DNA of 64,000 nucleotides from Malacoraja senta (taxonomy: Eukaryota): the NCBI GenBank assembly GCA_038087875.1, contig JAXLNO010000230.1, forward strand, positions 248,001 to 312,000, in the 5' to 3' direction. Below are positions 60,781 through 64,000 of the stretch, piece after piece. The notes under the pieces are model-generated. The model searched no databases. It was not told the origin of the DNA and saw only the letters and a program-made list of their open reading frames with translations. Numbering within the stretch: the first letter of the stretch is position 1; each line of letters begins with the position of its first letter. Position numbers and translations under genes: made by a program.

Positions 60781-62160
60781 CAGTGCATTCAGAAAGTATT
60801 CAGACCCCTTCACTTTTTCCACATTTTGTTACGTTACAGCCTTATTCTAAAATGGATTAAATTAATTTTTTATCATCAATCTACACACAATACTTCATAA
60901 TACAATAGCGAAAACAGGTGTTTAGAAATTTTTGCCAAGTAATGAAAAATAAATAACTGAAATTTCACATTTACATAAGTATTCGGCCTTTAACTCAGTA
61001 CTTTGTTGAGGCACCTTTGGCAGCGATTACAGCCTCAAGTCTTCTTGGGTATGACGCTACAAGCTTGGCACACCTGTATTTGGGTAATTGCTCCCATTCT
61101 TTTCTGCAGATCCTCTTAAGCTCTGTCAGGTTGGATGGGGAGCGTCAATGTACAGCTATTTTCAGGTCCCTCCAGAGATGTTCGATTGGGTCAAAGTCCG
61201 GGCTCTGGCTGGGCCACTCAAGGACATTTACAGACTTGTCACAAAGCCACTCCTGCGCTGTGTTGGCTGCTTTGGGTCGTTGTCCTGTTGGAAGGTCAAC
61301 CTCCGCCCCAGGTCCAGAATGCTCTGGAGCAGGTTTACATCAAGGATCTGTCTGTACTTTGCTCTGTTCATCTTTCCCTCGATCCTGACTAGTGTCACAG
61401 TTCTTGCCGCTGAAAAACATCCCCACAGCATGATGCTGCTACCACCATGCTTCACCGTAGGTATGGTATTGGCCAGGTGATGAGCGGTGCTTGGTTTCCT
61501 CCAGACGTGACCCTTGGCATTCAGGCGAAAGAGTTCAATCTTGGTTTCATCAGACCAGAGAATCTTGTTTCTCATAGTCTGAGAGTTCTTTAGGTGCCTT
61601 TTGGCAAACTCCAAGCGGGCTGTCATGTGCCTTTTACTGAGGAGTGGCTTCCGTCTGGCCACTCTACCATAAAGGCCTGATTGGTGGAGTGCTGCAGATA
61701 TAGTTGTCCTTCTGCAAGGTTCTCCCATCTCCACAGAGAAACTCTGGAGCTCTGTCAGAGTGACCATCGGGTTCTTGGTCACATCCCAGACTGAGGCCCT
61801 TCTTCCCCGATTGCTCAGTTTGACCGGGACGCCAACTCTATGAAGAGTCCTGGTGGTTCCAAACTTCTTCCATTTAAGAATGACAAAGGCCACTGTGCTC
61901 TTCGGGACCTGCAATGCTGCAGAAATTGTTTTATACCCTTCCCCAGATCTGTGTCTCGACACAATCCTGTCTCGGAGGTCTACGGACAATTCCTTCGTCT
62001 TCATGGGTTGGCTTTTGCTTTGACATGCGCTTTAATATTATGAGGTATTGTGTGTAGATTGATGATTAAAAAAAAAAAATTTAATTAATTTTAAAATAAG
62101 GCTGTAACGTAACTAAATGTGGAAAAAGTGAAGGGGTTTGAATACTTTCTGAATTCACTG
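60781..62160 (-). mobile_element. Tc1 transposon family B, both ends present; transposase ORF 61228-62004 truncated
   Basis: TA|cagtgcattcagaaag ... ctttctgaattcactg|[43 protein letters not shown], then a frameshift. Confidence 0.95.
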
Positions 62161-62287
62161 TAAGATAGTAAAGCACTTGTGCTAAGATTTGTAAAATTAC
62201 AGCCACTGAAATATTAGTAATTGACATTTTTGTGTGGAAAGATATTAATAAAATTATATACCAACTGTTTTATCCTTATTTCTGCAG

Positions 62288-62343
62288 GATTGTTGCTTAT
62301 GCAATTTGAGGGGTGGCGCACTAAAACAGACGACTGATAATAG
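62288..62343 (+). CDS. KDM4C: KDM4C-like coding exon, 56 nt (zinc-knuckle of PZP module)
   Basis: Acceptor ttatttctgcag|GAT and donor AG|gtaagt. Translates DCCLCNLRGGALKQTTDN(R), the direct phase-0 continuation of ...AWTA in KDM4 proteins. Confidence 0.93.
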
Positions 62344-62851
62344 GTAAGTCATGGCTAAATTGTTGCAAGAATATTTTGATCACACAACAAAAGAACATTA
62401 ATTCTGAAAGACTGCCAGCTACGAATTAGAAATGACACTCACAGTTGAAGCAGCTTCCACAGCAAGTGTCCATTTAAGAGATATTTGATTTGGTCAGAGA
62501 ATGAAATCTGTTCATAATAGTGGAGGAAATAAAAAATGCAAAAAAAATTACTAATAAACCAGAATAGTTTCTTCAGAAGAGTACAGTGAGTGGAGCATGG
62601 TTGTGTAAAAAAAAATGCATAAAATTGATTAAAATCACAGAGCTTGATTGACAAGGGAATTACCTAATCATCTCTGCTCGAGCTGGCTGTAAAGTTGTGA
62701 CTAAATATAGCTAATAGTGCATAGAATAAAGATGGAGAAGGGGAATTTGAGTGAACAGAACAATCTACAAGGCACCTGCCTAATCAACAAGAGTTTGGGA
62801 TTTGGTAAAGAGTGGCAAAAGGACTGAGAAAGTGAGTGAATTCAATATCTA

Positions 62852-63410
62852 TGACTAGTGGTGTGCCTCAGGGTACGGTGCTGGGCCTGTTTCTGTTTCT
62901 CATCTATATCAATGATTTGGATGAGAACGTACATGGCAAGATTAGCAAGTTTGCAGATGGTACAAACGTGGTTGGTATTGCAGATAGTGAAGATGGTTGT
63001 GAAAACTTGTGGCAGGATCTTGATTGGTTGGCCAGGTGGGCTGAGGGAATATAATGCAGAAAAATGTGAGGTTTTGCATTTTGGGAAGTCTAACATGGGC
63101 AGGACCTATACAGTGAATGGTAGGGCTCTGGGGAGTGTTATGAAGCATCTAGGAATGCAGGCACATAGTTCATTGAAGGTGGAGTCACAGGCAGATTCGG
63201 TGGTCAAAAAGGCTTTAGGCACATTGGACTTCATCAGTCAGAACTTGGGTCTCAACCAAAAACCTCACCTATTCCTTTTCTCCAAAGATGCTGTCTAACC
63301 CACTGAGTAACTCCAGCTTTTTGTGTCTATATTGTGTATAGAATTTTGGAGGTCATGTTACAGTTATATGAGACATTGGCGAGGCCGCATTTGTGTTCAG
63401 TTCTGGGCAC
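62852..63410 (+). mobile_element. Old CR1 RT fragment with Penelope pLTR piece inserted (~63245-63330)
   Basis: SGVPQGTVLG..YINDLD..SKFAD, NAEKCEVLHFGKSN. Confidence 0.8.
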
Positions 63411-63727
63411 CATGGTTCAATGGTCCTTTATTGTCATGTGTACCGAGGTACAGTGAAATTTGATTTACCATACAGTCATACCAAAAAAGCAACAAGATAC
63501 AAAATTACATAAAGATTAAACATAAACAGCCACCACAATGGTGTGTTAGAATCCCTAGGGCATGCAGCATAAGTGGAGACCCACAGCCATCAGTTCAATG
63601 TCCGGGCCACACACACGCTCCTTCACCGTGATGTGACCAGAGTTGTACCGACCGCCGTCACTCTCTGCTGTCCCTGTCCGCCCGAACAGTCAGAAAACCG
63701 TCTGCTCTCACACAAGATTCCAGGATC

Positions 63728-64000
63728 AAGTCGTCAAGTCAAGTCAAGAGAGTTTATTGTCATGTGTCCCAGATAGGACAATGAAATTCTTGCTTGCTGC
63801 AGCACGACAGAATATTTTAGGCATAAATACAGATCAGATCAGATCAGATCAGTGTGACCATATACCATAGAATATATATATACACACATGAATACACAGA
63901 TAAAGTGCAATAGGCTGTTTTAGTTCACAGTTTATTTGAAGTTGTGTTTAATAGTCTGATGGCTGTGGGGAAGTAGCTATTCCTGAACCTAGATGTTGCA
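63728..64000 (-). mobile_element. LINE 3' end (Rex-like) with (caagt)n tail, runs off window
   Basis: caagtcaagtcaagagagtttattgtcatgtgtccc; same family as 53085-53277. Confidence 0.6.

Overview
Eukaryotic (vertebrate) genomic DNA, most likely a cartilaginous fish (skate/ray-like; inferred from its repeat families). The window lies inside a KDM4C/JMJD2C-like histone demethylase gene on the + strand. Three coding exons of the PHD/PZP region (11469-11682, 11770-11846, 62288-62343) splice in frame, and one intron is 50.4 kb. The rest is a nested transposon landscape: five Tc1 copies from two families; two full-length DIRS tyrosine-recombinase retrotransposons, each inside a Tc1; a hAT MITE with a ~680-bp internal palindrome; a foldback element with tRNA-SINE-like arms; a decayed BEL/Pao LTR element; CR1, L1 and Rex LINE fragments; V-SINEs; and Penelope-like fragments with minimal hammerhead motifs. 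The most unusual object is a near-complete HERO-type RLE non-LTR retrotransposon (4283-8400, minus strand). It has ~166-bp terminal direct repeats, a hairpin-array 5' leader, and a 3' UTR with hammerhead ribozyme core motifs in a non-circularly permuted order (helix II is weak). Together these suggest a ribozyme/circular-RNA (or tandem) replication mode. There is no prokaryotic content. All family assignments are from motif recognition, not database searches.
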